From Alistipes sp. (GTDB lineage: Bacteria; Bacteroidota; Bacteroidia; Bacteroidales; Rikenellaceae): 64,000 nucleotides of DNA. Positions 28,209-38,073 of this stretch are shown in pieces (position 1 is the first letter of the stretch; each line of letters starts with the position of its first letter). The stretch is from NCBI GenBank assembly GCA_045602705.1, contig JAZSCB010000002.1:15054-79053 (forward strand), in the 5' to 3' direction. The position numbers and the translations under genes are program-made. The notes under the pieces are model-generated. The model was given only the letters and a program-made list of their open reading frames with translations. It made no database searches and had not been told where the DNA came from.

Positions 28209-30869
28209 TTACTCCAACATATAGTCGCAATTCAGAATCGTCTGCGTCTTGTCGTAGATCAGGATATAGGCACCTACACGCCAGGCATAGCAGATATCCG
28301 AGGCATCGAAGATGATGTTGGGATTATCGCTGATGTCGAGGTAGTAGATCAGGGTCGAGATCGTATCCTCAATCTCACGCAGGTCGTTCGAACCGAGGTA
28401 GAGGCCACGCAGACCGCGGTGCTGATAGACACCCGTGGGCCACTCGCGCATAATACGCTTGCCATTCTCATCGCGCTGCGAGCGGAGAGCAAAGACCGTC
28501 AGGCCCTGGCAATCGAAGGGCTCGTAAGGGAACTCCGAGAAGCGGTTGAACGAGAGGTCGATACCATAGAAATAGGGCATATTGCCGGCGTGGAACTCCC
28601 AGGGCAGGTCGCTCAAGTAATTCCACGAGAGGTCGAGCGAGGTGAGGTTCACTGCACGCTCGTAGTCAAACGAACCGGTGGGCACCTCCTCGATCTGACA
28701 AGCACGCAGCACCAGATAGGCCACCTGCGAGTTACTTTTGGCCAATGCCACGGGATAACGCTTCAGCGGGTTCTGCGAGAGGGTGAAAGTCTCGACATTG
28801 ATACCCTTGTAGGTACCATCCTCCTCGCCCTCAAAGCCCGTAATCTCGTTGCCGGCAAAACTTACCGAGGTCATTCGGAAGTCATTCTGGGCCGAGAAGA
28901 TGTTGGGCACCTTCTTCAGTTTATTGTAGTTTACCGAGAAGGTCTCCACATCGTCATAACCACAGAAGTAGCCCTTCTCGTCAACCGGCAGCGACTCCAA
29001 CTTGTTGTAGTCGAGGTAGAGCTGTACGGGGGCCACCTCCTTGGTCAGAGGATAGATCTTCTCAATTTGGTTGTAGGCCAAATCCAAAAGACCGATCTTC
29101 TTGAGGTTGTGGAAGCTCTCGGGCAACTCCTTGAGGCTGTTCTGTCGCGCATAGAAGATTTGCAACTTCTCCTTCGAAGGGCCGTTGGCCAGGGCATCCA
29201 GCCCCTTGTAAATCTCCTCGGAGGGCCACTGACTGTTGTTGGAGATGTTGAGCGACACCAGCTCCGGCATCTCGGCCAGCACCATCGGGAAGGTGGTCAT
29301 CTTGGAGCAGTTATAGAGCTCGAAGTCGGTCAGCGAGGTGAGCTCCTTGAGCGACGAGGGGAGCCCCTCCAACTCTCCGTTGGCGATGTAGAGATACTCC
29401 AGATTCTTCAGCCGGCCAATCTCCTCGGGCAGCGACTTCAGGCCGTTGCAGATCGTACCGTGGTTGGTATCCATCGGGCGCAGCGTGCGCTGCTTGCCCG
29501 AGTGCATATCGAAGATCTCCTGCTCGGTGTACTCCTCATAGAGGGCCGTCGAGGGGGTCGAGATGCCGTGCTCGGCCAGGGCGCGGGCACAGGGCTCCGA
29601 GAGTTGCTCGGCGGGGTGAATCATCTGCAGGAAGGCCTTGTGGTTCTCCATTCGGTTACGCGTACGCTCCGAGAGGCTCTGGTCAAAGGCCAGCGAAGGA
29701 TCATAGGTAAAGAGATTCGCGTCGTTGTGAGTTCCGAGGTAGAGCTCCACCAGCTCGGTGAGCTGGCCAATGGCGGGCGAGAGGTGCCCACTGAAGGCGA
29801 ACTCGCTCAAATCGAGACGAGCCACACGGCCGTTGGCGTGAAGGGCCACACCGGGCTGATCACCCCACAGATCGACATCCTTGTTGAAGTCCCAATTGCT
29901 GCCTCGCGGGAAGTTCTCGCCACCATAGTACCACTCTTCACCATTGAGACTCTCCCAGATCGCCTTCAGGGCATAGTAATCCTGAATATACTCGTCAGCC
30001 TCATAGAGCGATACCTTGAGATCGGCCTCCGTGGTAGCGTTGTCGGCAATCGAGAAGTCCGACTCCACGGGATTGCTCTTGGTCTCGAGCAGCGTCTTGG
30101 TAGCGTCGTAGGCCTGATAGGAGACAACGCGATAGTCGCCCGCCTTGAGCGAGAGGAGCGTATCACAGGCAATCGAAGAGGTCTGGCGGAAATCCTCCAC
30201 ATCATCCTTCTCGTTGAAGTGGAGCGAGAAGGTGGCAGGCAGACGCTCGAAGCTCACCTGCTCGTTCGAACGCTTGTTCTGAACGGTGATGGAGATCGTC
30301 TTGATCTCATCAAAGGTGTATTGGCGCGACACGGCGCGCGTCTCCTCCTTGAAGGTCGAAAAATCCTTCTGCAGGGTGAAGCGCACCCAACCGCGAGGCT
30401 CCACATCGACCGTCAGGTCATATGAGGTGAGGCCGCCGGCCGTTACGGTGAGCGAAACATTTCCCGAAGGAACACCATTATAGACCGGCTCGTCGTTGGC
30501 GTCGTAAAGCATAAAGGCCACCACCTGGTAGTCACCCGCCAGGAGCTTGAGTTTGTCGCTTCGCAGGCCATACTCGGCCATCGCTTCATCGGCTGCCGCA
30601 AGAGTCAGGGTCTGGGCAATGGTCGTCTCACCATAGCTGAGGGTCACCTTCACCTTGGCTGCCTCGGAGAGGTAGTCGAGCTGGCTCTTCAGGGCACGGG
30701 TAGCATCTGCCGCCTCGTACGAAGCCTCCTTATAGAGTTTGAACTGCACATAGCCGTAGTCCAACTCTCGATGATCCACCGCCTCATCGTTGTCGGCGCA
30801 CCCCACAAAACCCAGTGTCGTCAGGGCGGCCCACATCATCAGGACGGCATATTTAAAACCTTTCTTCAT
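28209..30869 (-). CDS. large leucine-rich-repeat surface lipoprotein with repeated N-terminal beta domains (DUF4458-like)
   Basis: It has a lipobox (FVGC-ADNDE). Three similar ~100-aa N-terminal modules occur (YGYVQFKLYK.., RGWVRFTLQK.., ..DLKVSLYE). An extended LRR region follows (LTELVELYLG, LKNLEYLYIANGELEGLP, LKKIGLLDLAYNQIEKI, LTSLDLSWNYLSDLP). Confidence 0.8.
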   Translation of the reverse strand: MKKGFKYAVLMMWAALTTLGFVGCADNDEAVDHRELDYGYVQFKLYKEASYEAADATRALKSQLDYLSEAAKVKVTLSYGETTIAQTLTLAAADEAMAEYGLRSDKLKLLAGDYQVVAFMLYDANDEPVYNGVPSGNVSLTVTAGGLTSYDLTVDVEPRGWVRFTLQKDFSTFKEETRAVSRQYTFDEIKTISITVQNKRSNEQVSFERLPATFSLHFNEKDDVEDFRQTSSIACDTLLSLKAGDYRVVSYQAYDATKTLLETKSNPVESDFSIADNATTEADLKVSLYEADEYIQDYYALKAIWESLNGEEWYYGGENFPRGSNWDFNKDVDLWGDQPGVALHANGRVARLDLSEFAFSGHLSPAIGQLTELVELYLGTHNDANLFTYDPSLAFDQSLSERTRNRMENHKAFLQMIHPAEQLSEPCARALAEHGISTPSTALYEEYTEQEIFDMHSGKQRTLRPMDTNHGTICNGLKSLPEEIGRLKNLEYLYIANGELEGLPSSLKELTSLTDFELYNCSKMTTFPMVLAEMPELVSLNISNNSQWPSEEIYKGLDALANGPSKEKLQIFYARQNSLKELPESFHNLKKIGLLDLAYNQIEKIYPLTKEVAPVQLYLDYNKLESLPVDEKGYFCGYDDVETFSVNYNKLKKVPNIFSAQNDFRMTSVSFAGNEITGFEGEEDGTYKGINVETFTLSQNPLKRYPVALAKSNSQVAYLVLRACQIEEVPTGSFDYERAVNLTSLDLSWNYLSDLPWEFHAGNMPYFYGIDLSFNRFSEFPYEPFDCQGLTVFALRSQRDENGKRIMREWPTGVYQHRGLRGLYLGSNDLREIEDTISTLIYYLDISDNPNIIFDASDICYAWRVGAYILIYDKTQTILNCDYMLE

Positions 30870-30949
30870 AGTTGCAAAGTTGCTGTTTTGAGGTTGGTAT
30901 CGGATGGTGCCCCTCCACCTCTTCGGCGGAGGGGATCACCCACTCCGAT

Positions 30950-32551
30950 TTACTCGGCCTTATAGGTACAAGCCATAATAAAGAGATAGCGGTCGGTCGT
31001 ATCCTCGGGATAGAAGAAGATCGCACCCGTTGTCGGCACCGAAGGCATCTTGCTCACATTCATCACCACGGTCGCATAGTCGCTACGGTCGAACGAGAGC
31101 CAGGCCTTGTCCTCCTCGGAGATCGTATAGTTGTAGTTGACACCCTGGATGATGGCCATATTGCGGGTACGCTCGCCGATGAAGGTAAGTTCGTAAACCG
31201 GCACGCCATACTCCTTGTACTTCTCGTAGGTGGCACCCGAGGTCACCTGCTCCAGGTAGGCATCCTGGGCATTGGCCTCCTCCACGCTGAAGAAGCGAGG
31301 ATTGATCGTCGTCTGCGACTCGCCACCCGTAATCTGCTGGGTCAGCTCGCAAACCACATAACTCTGATAGGCCTCCTTCACCGAGAGGAAGTCGTTGGCC
31401 ACAAGCTGGGCTGCCGAACGCACACCCGAAGCCACCGAGGCGGGCAGGGCCAGAATCAGCGCCTTGCGATCGGCCTCCGTATCGTTAGGGGTACAGAGCA
31501 GCTCGACACGACGACTGCGGAGACCCTCCAGACCCAGGCTCTCATCCCAGGCCTCCACGCTCAACTGCACCCACGAAGTCTGGGCCTCATCGCCCGAGAG
31601 GTAGGTGATGCCGTTGCGCTCAAAATAGGAGAGCACGAAGAGTTCGGCACCATAGGTGGAGGTCATCGTACCGTGAGCACCCAGCTCATTGGCCGTACCA
31701 TCGTTCAGGTAGTTGCCGTCGATATCGAAGGTGAGCATCGAGGCGAGCTCCATCACCAGATAATCTTTCGATCCGGGGATCGTCACCTCCAACTCGGCCA
31801 CCGTAACCGACTCCTCACCGCTCTGATCCTGGAAGAGAAGTTTGCAGGTGGTATCCTCGGCAGGATAGTAGGCACTGTTGCTATCGAAGCGGAAACTTAC
31901 CGTCTCACCGGCCTCACCCGAAGTGACGGGAATCGACAACCAGGCGGGAATCTCGCCGCCAATGGTCCACTCGAAGTTGGCCTGTACCTGAATCCACTGC
32001 ATATAACCAATGGTATTGGCGGGCCAGATCAGCTCAACGGCCGTGGCAGGGGTGGTGTCATAGACCACCGAGTAATCCTCCTCGTTCCGCACGAAGTCAT
32101 TGTTCTCACCATCCACCAGGGCGGTGTAAAAGCTGATCTCATAAGCCTTCTTCTGACGCGTGAGGCGGGCGATGATCTTCGTCTCCTCCCCCATCGTCAT
32201 CGAGACCTCACAGAGAGCCTCATTGTGGAAATCCTCGATGTTGGCACAGGCGATCACCACCTCGCAGCTGCCGGCCTTGCCCTCCAGCGAGTAGCGGGTA
32301 TGCTCACCATCCTGAATCCAGAAGAGGTTGGCCGTAGCGGTCGGAACCGACACTTTCCAATCCGTGTTGGGATTCAGCTTGAGAGTGTAGGTGCCACCCG
32401 GCTCAATATCGGCCTCCACCAGGTTGGGGAACTCGGGCACCACGGGCTTTACATCCGGAGTCTTATCCTCGGGGTCCGAACAAGCCACCACGCCGGCAAG
32501 AGCCACCAGGCTCATCCACATACCGGCCATTTTCAAAAAACTCTTTTTCAT
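30950..32551 (-). CDS. surface lipoprotein of unknown function (possibly DUF5003-type)
   Basis: It has a lipobox (GVVAC-SDPED). The 533-aa sequence is beta-rich with BACON/Ig-like segments (NTDWKVSVPTATANLFWI, ANFEWTIGGEIPAWLSIPVTSGEAGETVSF). I recognise no catalytic motifs. Confidence 0.7.
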   Translation of the reverse strand: MKKSFLKMAGMWMSLVALAGVVACSDPEDKTPDVKPVVPEFPNLVEADIEPGGTYTLKLNPNTDWKVSVPTATANLFWIQDGEHTRYSLEGKAGSCEVVIACANIEDFHNEALCEVSMTMGEETKIIARLTRQKKAYEISFYTALVDGENNDFVRNEEDYSVVYDTTPATAVELIWPANTIGYMQWIQVQANFEWTIGGEIPAWLSIPVTSGEAGETVSFRFDSNSAYYPAEDTTCKLLFQDQSGEESVTVAELEVTIPGSKDYLVMELASMLTFDIDGNYLNDGTANELGAHGTMTSTYGAELFVLSYFERNGITYLSGDEAQTSWVQLSVEAWDESLGLEGLRSRRVELLCTPNDTEADRKALILALPASVASGVRSAAQLVANDFLSVKEAYQSYVVCELTQQITGGESQTTINPRFFSVEEANAQDAYLEQVTSGATYEKYKEYGVPVYELTFIGERTRNMAIIQGVNYNYTISEEDKAWLSFDRSDYATVVMNVSKMPSVPTTGAIFFYPEDTTDRYLFIMACTYKAE

Positions 32552-32591
32552 ATGCTTCTATTTTTTTCGTATTTTTCTTGTCGGTTTGTCT

Positions 32592-33518
32592 CTACATACT
32601 ATCCTTTTTCAGCTCGGCAGCCTCCTCGTCGGAGATCCACTCCATCACGTTGTAGAAGTGGCCCACCGTACCGACCATCTCACCCAGGTTCTCCACATAG
32701 ACCTGCAACCAGAGGACGGCAAATCGCTGGCAAGAGTTGAAATAGGAGAGGTTGGCCACACTCTCGCGGCCCAGGATGTGGTCATCGCCCAGCACCTGAC
32801 CGAAGACCGTCTGCTCGTCGGAGAGCACCTGATCCTTCTCCATCAGGAAGAGGGGGTTCCCCGGATCGGAGCTGTCGAAGCCGAAAGTGATGTCGTAACC
32901 GTCGTAGAATGCGTCACGCATAATGATCTTATCGGACTCCGTGGGGTGCGGCTCGGTATAGACCAGTCGCTGATAGCTCGTATTCATACCTGGATAGCTG
33001 TAGAGGTAGAGCGAGGTGAGGACACACCAACCCGTGAAGTTGCTGCGGTCGAAGGGGCAACTCTTATACATCACCACCTTGGTCTCGTTGTTAGCGGCAT
33101 AAAGATCCCACTTCAAGGCCTCGGGCACCACCAGGCGCAGACGGAAACCGAGCGAGTCGGTGGCCTCAAAATTCTCATAGAGGCCCTTGACACGCACCTC
33201 ACCGGCCACCTCACCGGCCGGGATTGTTACGTGGTTCGAGAGCAGACGATAGTGTCGGCCCTCCACGGCATTACTCCCCTCATCGATCACCTCCACGGCG
33301 AAGGTGCGGTCGTAGTCTCGCTTCACGGTCGAGGAGAGGGGAACCGAAAAGTAGTCGGCATCGCTCAAGACCATATGGGTCGAGAGGGTGTCGGCAAAGA
33401 TCACATACTCGGCATCGGAGTAGGTGGTATAGTGCTCCTCGCAAGCCGTCAAACCAGCCAAAAGCAAGGTAGCCATCCAATATAGCGTTATTCGTCTCAT
33501 AAGCATCGGGGATTCCAT
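32592..33518 (-). CDS. Calx-beta-like surface lipoprotein (DUF4984/DUF4843-type)
   Basis: It has a lipobox (LAGLTAC-EEHY) and a Calx-beta-like segment (FAVEVIDEGSNAVEGRHYRLLSNHVTIPAGEVAGEVRVKG). The ATG at 33518 overlaps the susD stop as TAATG; Met 33500 is an alternative. Confidence 0.7.
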   Translation of the reverse strand: MESPMLMRRITLYWMATLLLAGLTACEEHYTTYSDAEYVIFADTLSTHMVLSDADYFSVPLSSTVKRDYDRTFAVEVIDEGSNAVEGRHYRLLSNHVTIPAGEVAGEVRVKGLYENFEATDSLGFRLRLVVPEALKWDLYAANNETKVVMYKSCPFDRSNFTGWCVLTSLYLYSYPGMNTSYQRLVYTEPHPTESDKIIMRDAFYDGYDITFGFDSSDPGNPLFLMEKDQVLSDEQTVFGQVLGDDHILGRESVANLSYFNSCQRFAVLWLQVYVENLGEMVGTVGHFYNVMEWISDEEAAELKKDSM

Positions 33519-35062
33519 TAGTTGTTACTCTCGTTGGGTTGTACCATCGAGCCGGGCGACTCCAGCTCGTGTTGCGGAATGGGCCATACAAAGAGGGGGT
33601 TGTCCGCCTTCACCGAGAGCGACGAGCCCTCATCAAGCGAATTGGACTGGGGGGTACGGGTAAAGCCCTCGCCACCCTTGTAGAGGTTGCCCCAACGCTT
33701 GTAGTCCTGCAGACGGAAGCCCTCCATAAAGAGTTCGCGCACACGCTCGTCGGCCAGCTGGTCGATCCAATTCTCGGCCGTGAGGGTGATGCCGCCACCC
33801 GACTGGAAGCGGGCCGTACGCAGCGTCTCCAGATCCTTCGAGGCGGCCGAATAGTTGGGCGTAGCCTGACGGCAGTAGGCCTCGGCACGAATCAGATACT
33901 GCTCTGCCAGACGGAACAACTTGGGCATCGAGACGTGGTAGAGAAGGCTCGACTCGATGAAGCTCACATTGCCGTAATACTTCACCAGCAAGGGCCAGGC
34001 CAGTGCGTGATCATAACCCGTCTGACCGGTATAGAAGTAACCACCGTAACGCAGGTCGGTATCGGCATAGAGGTTCAGGGCCCACTGTGCCGGCACATAG
34101 TCGGGATAGAAGTAGGTGTAATCGACGTTGTAGCCCAGGAAGACCTGACCCAGGGCCCCTCCATAGGAAGTGGTCGTAAAGCCGATGCGGAAGATCAGCT
34201 CGGGACCGGCATCGTAGAGCCACATATAGTCGAAGTCGCTGTACTGACTCAGCGATGCGTGGTTAACGCTCTGCAAGCTGAAAACCTTGTTGGGGTGGTC
34301 GATCAGACGGCTTGAGTAGTCAATGGCTGCCTCCCAATCCTCCATATAGAGGGCCACGCGGGCTCGCAGGGCGCAAACCGCAGCATTGGTGAAGAAGACC
34401 GGCGAGGCGTAGTCATCCTCCACATCCAGCCGCTCCTCGGCCTCGGCCAGATCGGCCAGCACAAACTGATAGCTGTCGTAGAGCGAGCTACGTGTCAGAG
34501 GCTCCGCCGTAGAGAACTTCGAACGAATCACCACACCCAACTCCTCCTTGGCCGTCTCGGGGTGGTAGGCCTTACAGAAGCACTTCAACAGCTCCGAGTA
34601 GCAGAGGGCACGGATGGCGTGGATCTCTCCCGTATAGGTATCGAGCGTAGCGATGGCATCGTCATCGATCAGAGAGTTTCGTACCTGCTGCACTCGCTCC
34701 AGGTAGAAGTTACAGTTCGAGATGATGGAGTAGAGGGCGGCATAGACCGACTCGATTTCGGAGTTGGTCGAGCGAATATCCCACTGCCAGATCGAACCGT
34801 AGGTGTTGGAGTAGCCGTCGATGGCATAGACCAGGTCACTTTGGATATCGGGCAACAACGTCAGGTAGCCGCTCCAGAGGGCACTGCTCTTCATCTGGGC
34901 ATAGATACCCACCAGCGTCTGCTCTGCATCGCTGAAGGTGAGCATCGCCTCCTCTTGGGGAATGGCCGATCCGGGCTCCTTGTCCAGGCAGGAGGTGGTA
35001 AGGGTTACGACTGCCAGCAGGGTCGCAACCGGTTTCATATAGCGATTAAAAAACTTCTTCAT
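33518..35062 (-). CDS. susD: RagB/SusD family nutrient-binding outer-membrane lipoprotein
   Basis: It has a lipobox (LTTSC-LDKE). The sequence is TPR-like and helical with the typical SusD ending (RELFMEGFRLQDYKRWG...WPIPQHELE). It sits 6 nt after susC. Confidence 0.9.
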   Translation of the reverse strand: MKKFFNRYMKPVATLLAVVTLTTSCLDKEPGSAIPQEEAMLTFSDAEQTLVGIYAQMKSSALWSGYLTLLPDIQSDLVYAIDGYSNTYGSIWQWDIRSTNSEIESVYAALYSIISNCNFYLERVQQVRNSLIDDDAIATLDTYTGEIHAIRALCYSELLKCFCKAYHPETAKEELGVVIRSKFSTAEPLTRSSLYDSYQFVLADLAEAEERLDVEDDYASPVFFTNAAVCALRARVALYMEDWEAAIDYSSRLIDHPNKVFSLQSVNHASLSQYSDFDYMWLYDAGPELIFRIGFTTTSYGGALGQVFLGYNVDYTYFYPDYVPAQWALNLYADTDLRYGGYFYTGQTGYDHALAWPLLVKYYGNVSFIESSLLYHVSMPKLFRLAEQYLIRAEAYCRQATPNYSAASKDLETLRTARFQSGGGITLTAENWIDQLADERVRELFMEGFRLQDYKRWGNLYKGGEGFTRTPQSNSLDEGSSLSVKADNPLFVWPIPQHELESPGSMVQPNESNN

Positions 35063-35068
35063 AGGGCG

Positions 35069-38020
35069 TTAGAAAGTTAAGTCAAGACCAAAGGTGTACT
35101 GACGCGACATCGGGTACTGGGCCGCATAGATGTTGGCCGAACCCTCCGGATCAAGACCCGAGAAATTGGTGAAGGTCAGCAGATTCTGGGCCTGGACATA
35201 GATTCGCAGACCACTGAATACACGACTGCGCTTGATCCACTCCTGTGGTACCGAGTAGCTCAACATCACATTCTTCAGTCGTAGGAACGAAGCATCCTCC
35301 AGCAGGCGGTCGTCAAACTCGGTGTAGACGCCGTGACGCGGGATATCGGTCACATCACCCGGCTTCTTCCAACGCTCCAACAGACGGCGCGACTGGTTGT
35401 AGGAGGCAAAACGACCGTTCGACTCGTCGAAGTAGCGGTCGTTGTTCAGCATCCAACGATCGGCCACCCAGCTGAACTGGGCACTCAACGAGAGGCCGTG
35501 CCAGCTCAACGCCGTACCGAAACCGCCCGTCCAGGGGGCAATGTAGCTCTTGCCCACCAGCACCTTGTCCTCATCGCGGAGCTCGGTGGTCAGATTACCC
35601 TCCTTGTCATACCACAGGGCATCACCATTGGCAGGGTTCACACCGGCATAACGGTTGATGTAGAACTCACCCAGCGGGTGACCCACCACCAGCTTGGTAT
35701 TCGTGCCCGAACGCTCGTACTCCTGCACCCCGTTGTAGAGCTCCGTGATGCGGTTATGGTTATAACCCACGTTGGCATTTACCGTCCAGAGGAACTTCTC
35801 GGTGGCGATGAGCGTGCCATTCAGGTTGAGTTCGATACCCTTATTGACCATCGTACCCACATTGTCCCAATAGTAGCCGTAGCCCTTGTCGGAGTAGGCC
35901 TGGGGCACCTGCATCAACATATCGGAAGTCTGCTTGTAGTAGAACTCCAGATCGACATTCAGTCGGTGCCAGAAACCGACGTGGAAGGCAAGATTCGAGG
36001 TCCAGGGCTTCTCCCAACCCAGCTCCTCATTACCGGGCTGCATCAAGCCCACACCGGCGTTGCCCACATAGTCGAGGCCACCGCCTACCAGAGCCAGGTG
36101 CTCGTAGTTGGGGATCGAGGAGTTACCCGAGGTACCGGTCGAGAGCGAAACCTGGGCATTGGTAAGCCAGCGGGCTGCCGACTCGGCAAAACGCTCATTA
36201 CGCAGATTCCACATAAAGCCCAGCGACCAGAAACCGGCCCAACGGCGCGACGAGCCGAAGCGCGACGAACCATCGGCACGGGCTGCCACCTCGGCGAAGT
36301 AGCGGCCGTCATAGTTATACTCGGCACGCGAGAAGAAGGAGAGGAAACCATAATCCGAATCGGTGGTATCGTTCCACGAGGTGGCACGCGTACCGGTCGT
36401 GATGTTGGTCAGGCGGTCATTGGTCTGCCCCTTGGTCGTTATGGAGAAGGCCTCATAGTGGTACTCTACCCCCTCGTGACCGAGCAGGAAATTGAAGCTG
36501 TGCTTCTGGTCGTCGGTCGTAAAGGCGTAGTTGGCCGTATTGGTGCTCGTCAAGGTGTAGCTGTCGGTCGTACTGCGCGAAGCGGTACCCTGTCCCTGGT
36601 TGGGATAGTAGCTCGGATAGGAGAGGCCGTAACCGGTGGTGTGGGCGTAGTCGATACCCAGCTGGGCACGCAGCGTAAGGCCCTCCACGGGGGTTGCCTC
36701 GGCAAAGAGGGTCGAGAGCAACTTATACTTCTTGTAGGTCACAGGGTTATTCTCCAGCCACTCCAGGGGGTTCTGACCCGTACCCTGCCACGAGCCGTCG
36801 GCGAGCGAAGCGAGCGAGCCATCGGCCTTGTAGGGGCTCCAGTAGGGCATCATAAAGCGGGCTGCCGAGATGGGGGTTACCAACGTATAGGCACCCTCAT
36901 CGGCCTGCTCGATATTCTGGAAGTTGAGCATCGTACTGGTACCCACCTTGAGCCACTTGGCCGCCTTTTGTTCCACGTTGGCACGCAGCGAATATCGCTC
37001 GAACATCGAGCCCACGGCCGTACCATCCTGGCTGTAAAAGCCACCCGAAAGGTAGTAGTTGGTATTCTCGTCGGCACCCGACACCGAGAGTTCATAGTTC
37101 TGCAGCAGAGCGGCCGAATTGAAGACCTCCTCCGACCAGTTGACATCGGTTTTGCTCAAGAGGTTGTAATCCTGACCCTCCGTGAGGCCGATCTCCTTCT
37201 CATACTGGATACGCTCGGCCGTATTCATCAGATCCCACTTATCGCTGTTGGCCATCTGCGAGAATCCGAGCTGCATACGATACTCGATGCGGGGACGCTC
37301 GGCCTTGCGACCGCGCTTGGTCTGGATCACGATCACACCGTTGGCAGCACGGGCTCCATAGATCGAGGTCGAGGCGGCATCCTTCAAGACCGTCAGCGAC
37401 TCAATGTCGGCGGGATTGATGGTATTGAAGTCACCAGCCGAAATGGGCACACCATCCAGGATGTAGAGGGGAGCCGTACCCGAGTTGATGGAGTTGGTAC
37501 CACGAATGGTCATCGTAGCCGAGGCACTGGGCTCTCCCGAGTTGGAGAGAACCGTAAGACCGGCCACCTGACCCTGCAGAGCCTGATCAAAGGCCGCCGT
37601 GGGGGTGGTCTCCAGTTTCTCGGACTTCACCGAAGCCACCGAACCGGCCACCGTGTTCTTCTTACGGACACCATAGGCGATGACCACCACATCCTCCACC
37701 AGCTCGGCCTCGGGATGCATCTCGAGGTCGTACTGCACCGACTTCTGACCCGAAGGGATCACCCACTCCACGGTCTGGAAGCCGAGATACTGGAACGACA
37801 GGGTGGATCCTGCCGGTGCCTGGATGGTGTAGGTACCGTCCCAGAGGGTACTCACACCGTTCATCGGATCGGCGATGACGGCCACACCGATAAGGGGCTC
37901 CTTATCCTCGGCCGAGATCACCGTACCACTCACGGTCACGCGCTCCTGTGCCTCCGCGAAGAGCGGGGCGAGGAGAAGCATCAAAACCGCAAGGAATCGA
38001 AAGGTTAGTGTTTTATGCAT
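35069..38020 (-). CDS. susC: SusC/RagA family TonB-linked outer-membrane transporter
   Basis: It has a CarboxypepD_reg N-domain (VSGTVISAEDKEPLIGVAVI), a plug (TMTIRGTNSINSGTAPLYILDGVP, IESLTVLKDAASTSIYGARAANGVIVI) and a 22-strand-size barrel ending ...YTFGLDLTF. There is no STN/anti-sigma signalling extension. Confidence 0.95.
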   Translation of the reverse strand: MHKTLTFRFLAVLMLLLAPLFAEAQERVTVSGTVISAEDKEPLIGVAVIADPMNGVSTLWDGTYTIQAPAGSTLSFQYLGFQTVEWVIPSGQKSVQYDLEMHPEAELVEDVVVIAYGVRKKNTVAGSVASVKSEKLETTPTAAFDQALQGQVAGLTVLSNSGEPSASATMTIRGTNSINSGTAPLYILDGVPISAGDFNTINPADIESLTVLKDAASTSIYGARAANGVIVIQTKRGRKAERPRIEYRMQLGFSQMANSDKWDLMNTAERIQYEKEIGLTEGQDYNLLSKTDVNWSEEVFNSAALLQNYELSVSGADENTNYYLSGGFYSQDGTAVGSMFERYSLRANVEQKAAKWLKVGTSTMLNFQNIEQADEGAYTLVTPISAARFMMPYWSPYKADGSLASLADGSWQGTGQNPLEWLENNPVTYKKYKLLSTLFAEATPVEGLTLRAQLGIDYAHTTGYGLSYPSYYPNQGQGTASRSTTDSYTLTSTNTANYAFTTDDQKHSFNFLLGHEGVEYHYEAFSITTKGQTNDRLTNITTGTRATSWNDTTDSDYGFLSFFSRAEYNYDGRYFAEVAARADGSSRFGSSRRWAGFWSLGFMWNLRNERFAESAARWLTNAQVSLSTGTSGNSSIPNYEHLALVGGGLDYVGNAGVGLMQPGNEELGWEKPWTSNLAFHVGFWHRLNVDLEFYYKQTSDMLMQVPQAYSDKGYGYYWDNVGTMVNKGIELNLNGTLIATEKFLWTVNANVGYNHNRITELYNGVQEYERSGTNTKLVVGHPLGEFYINRYAGVNPANGDALWYDKEGNLTTELRDEDKVLVGKSYIAPWTGGFGTALSWHGLSLSAQFSWVADRWMLNNDRYFDESNGRFASYNQSRRLLERWKKPGDVTDIPRHGVYTEFDDRLLEDASFLRLKNVMLSYSVPQEWIKRSRVFSGLRIYVQAQNLLTFTNFSGLDPEGSANIYAAQYPMSRQYTFGLDLTF

Positions 38021-38073
38021 ACTTTTTTAGACAAATATATTTTTTCTGTTCTTTAAGTCAGATACTTAGCACG

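Noticed and set aside
35333-38008. An 891-aa + strand ORF lies opposite susC. Similar shadows lie opposite the LRR gene (28419..30425), opposite the 533-aa lipoprotein gene (30872..32740), and opposite the second receptor (38424..40349).
   Set aside because: These are antisense shadows of genes with unambiguous family signatures. They have no signal peptides, motifs or sensible starts.
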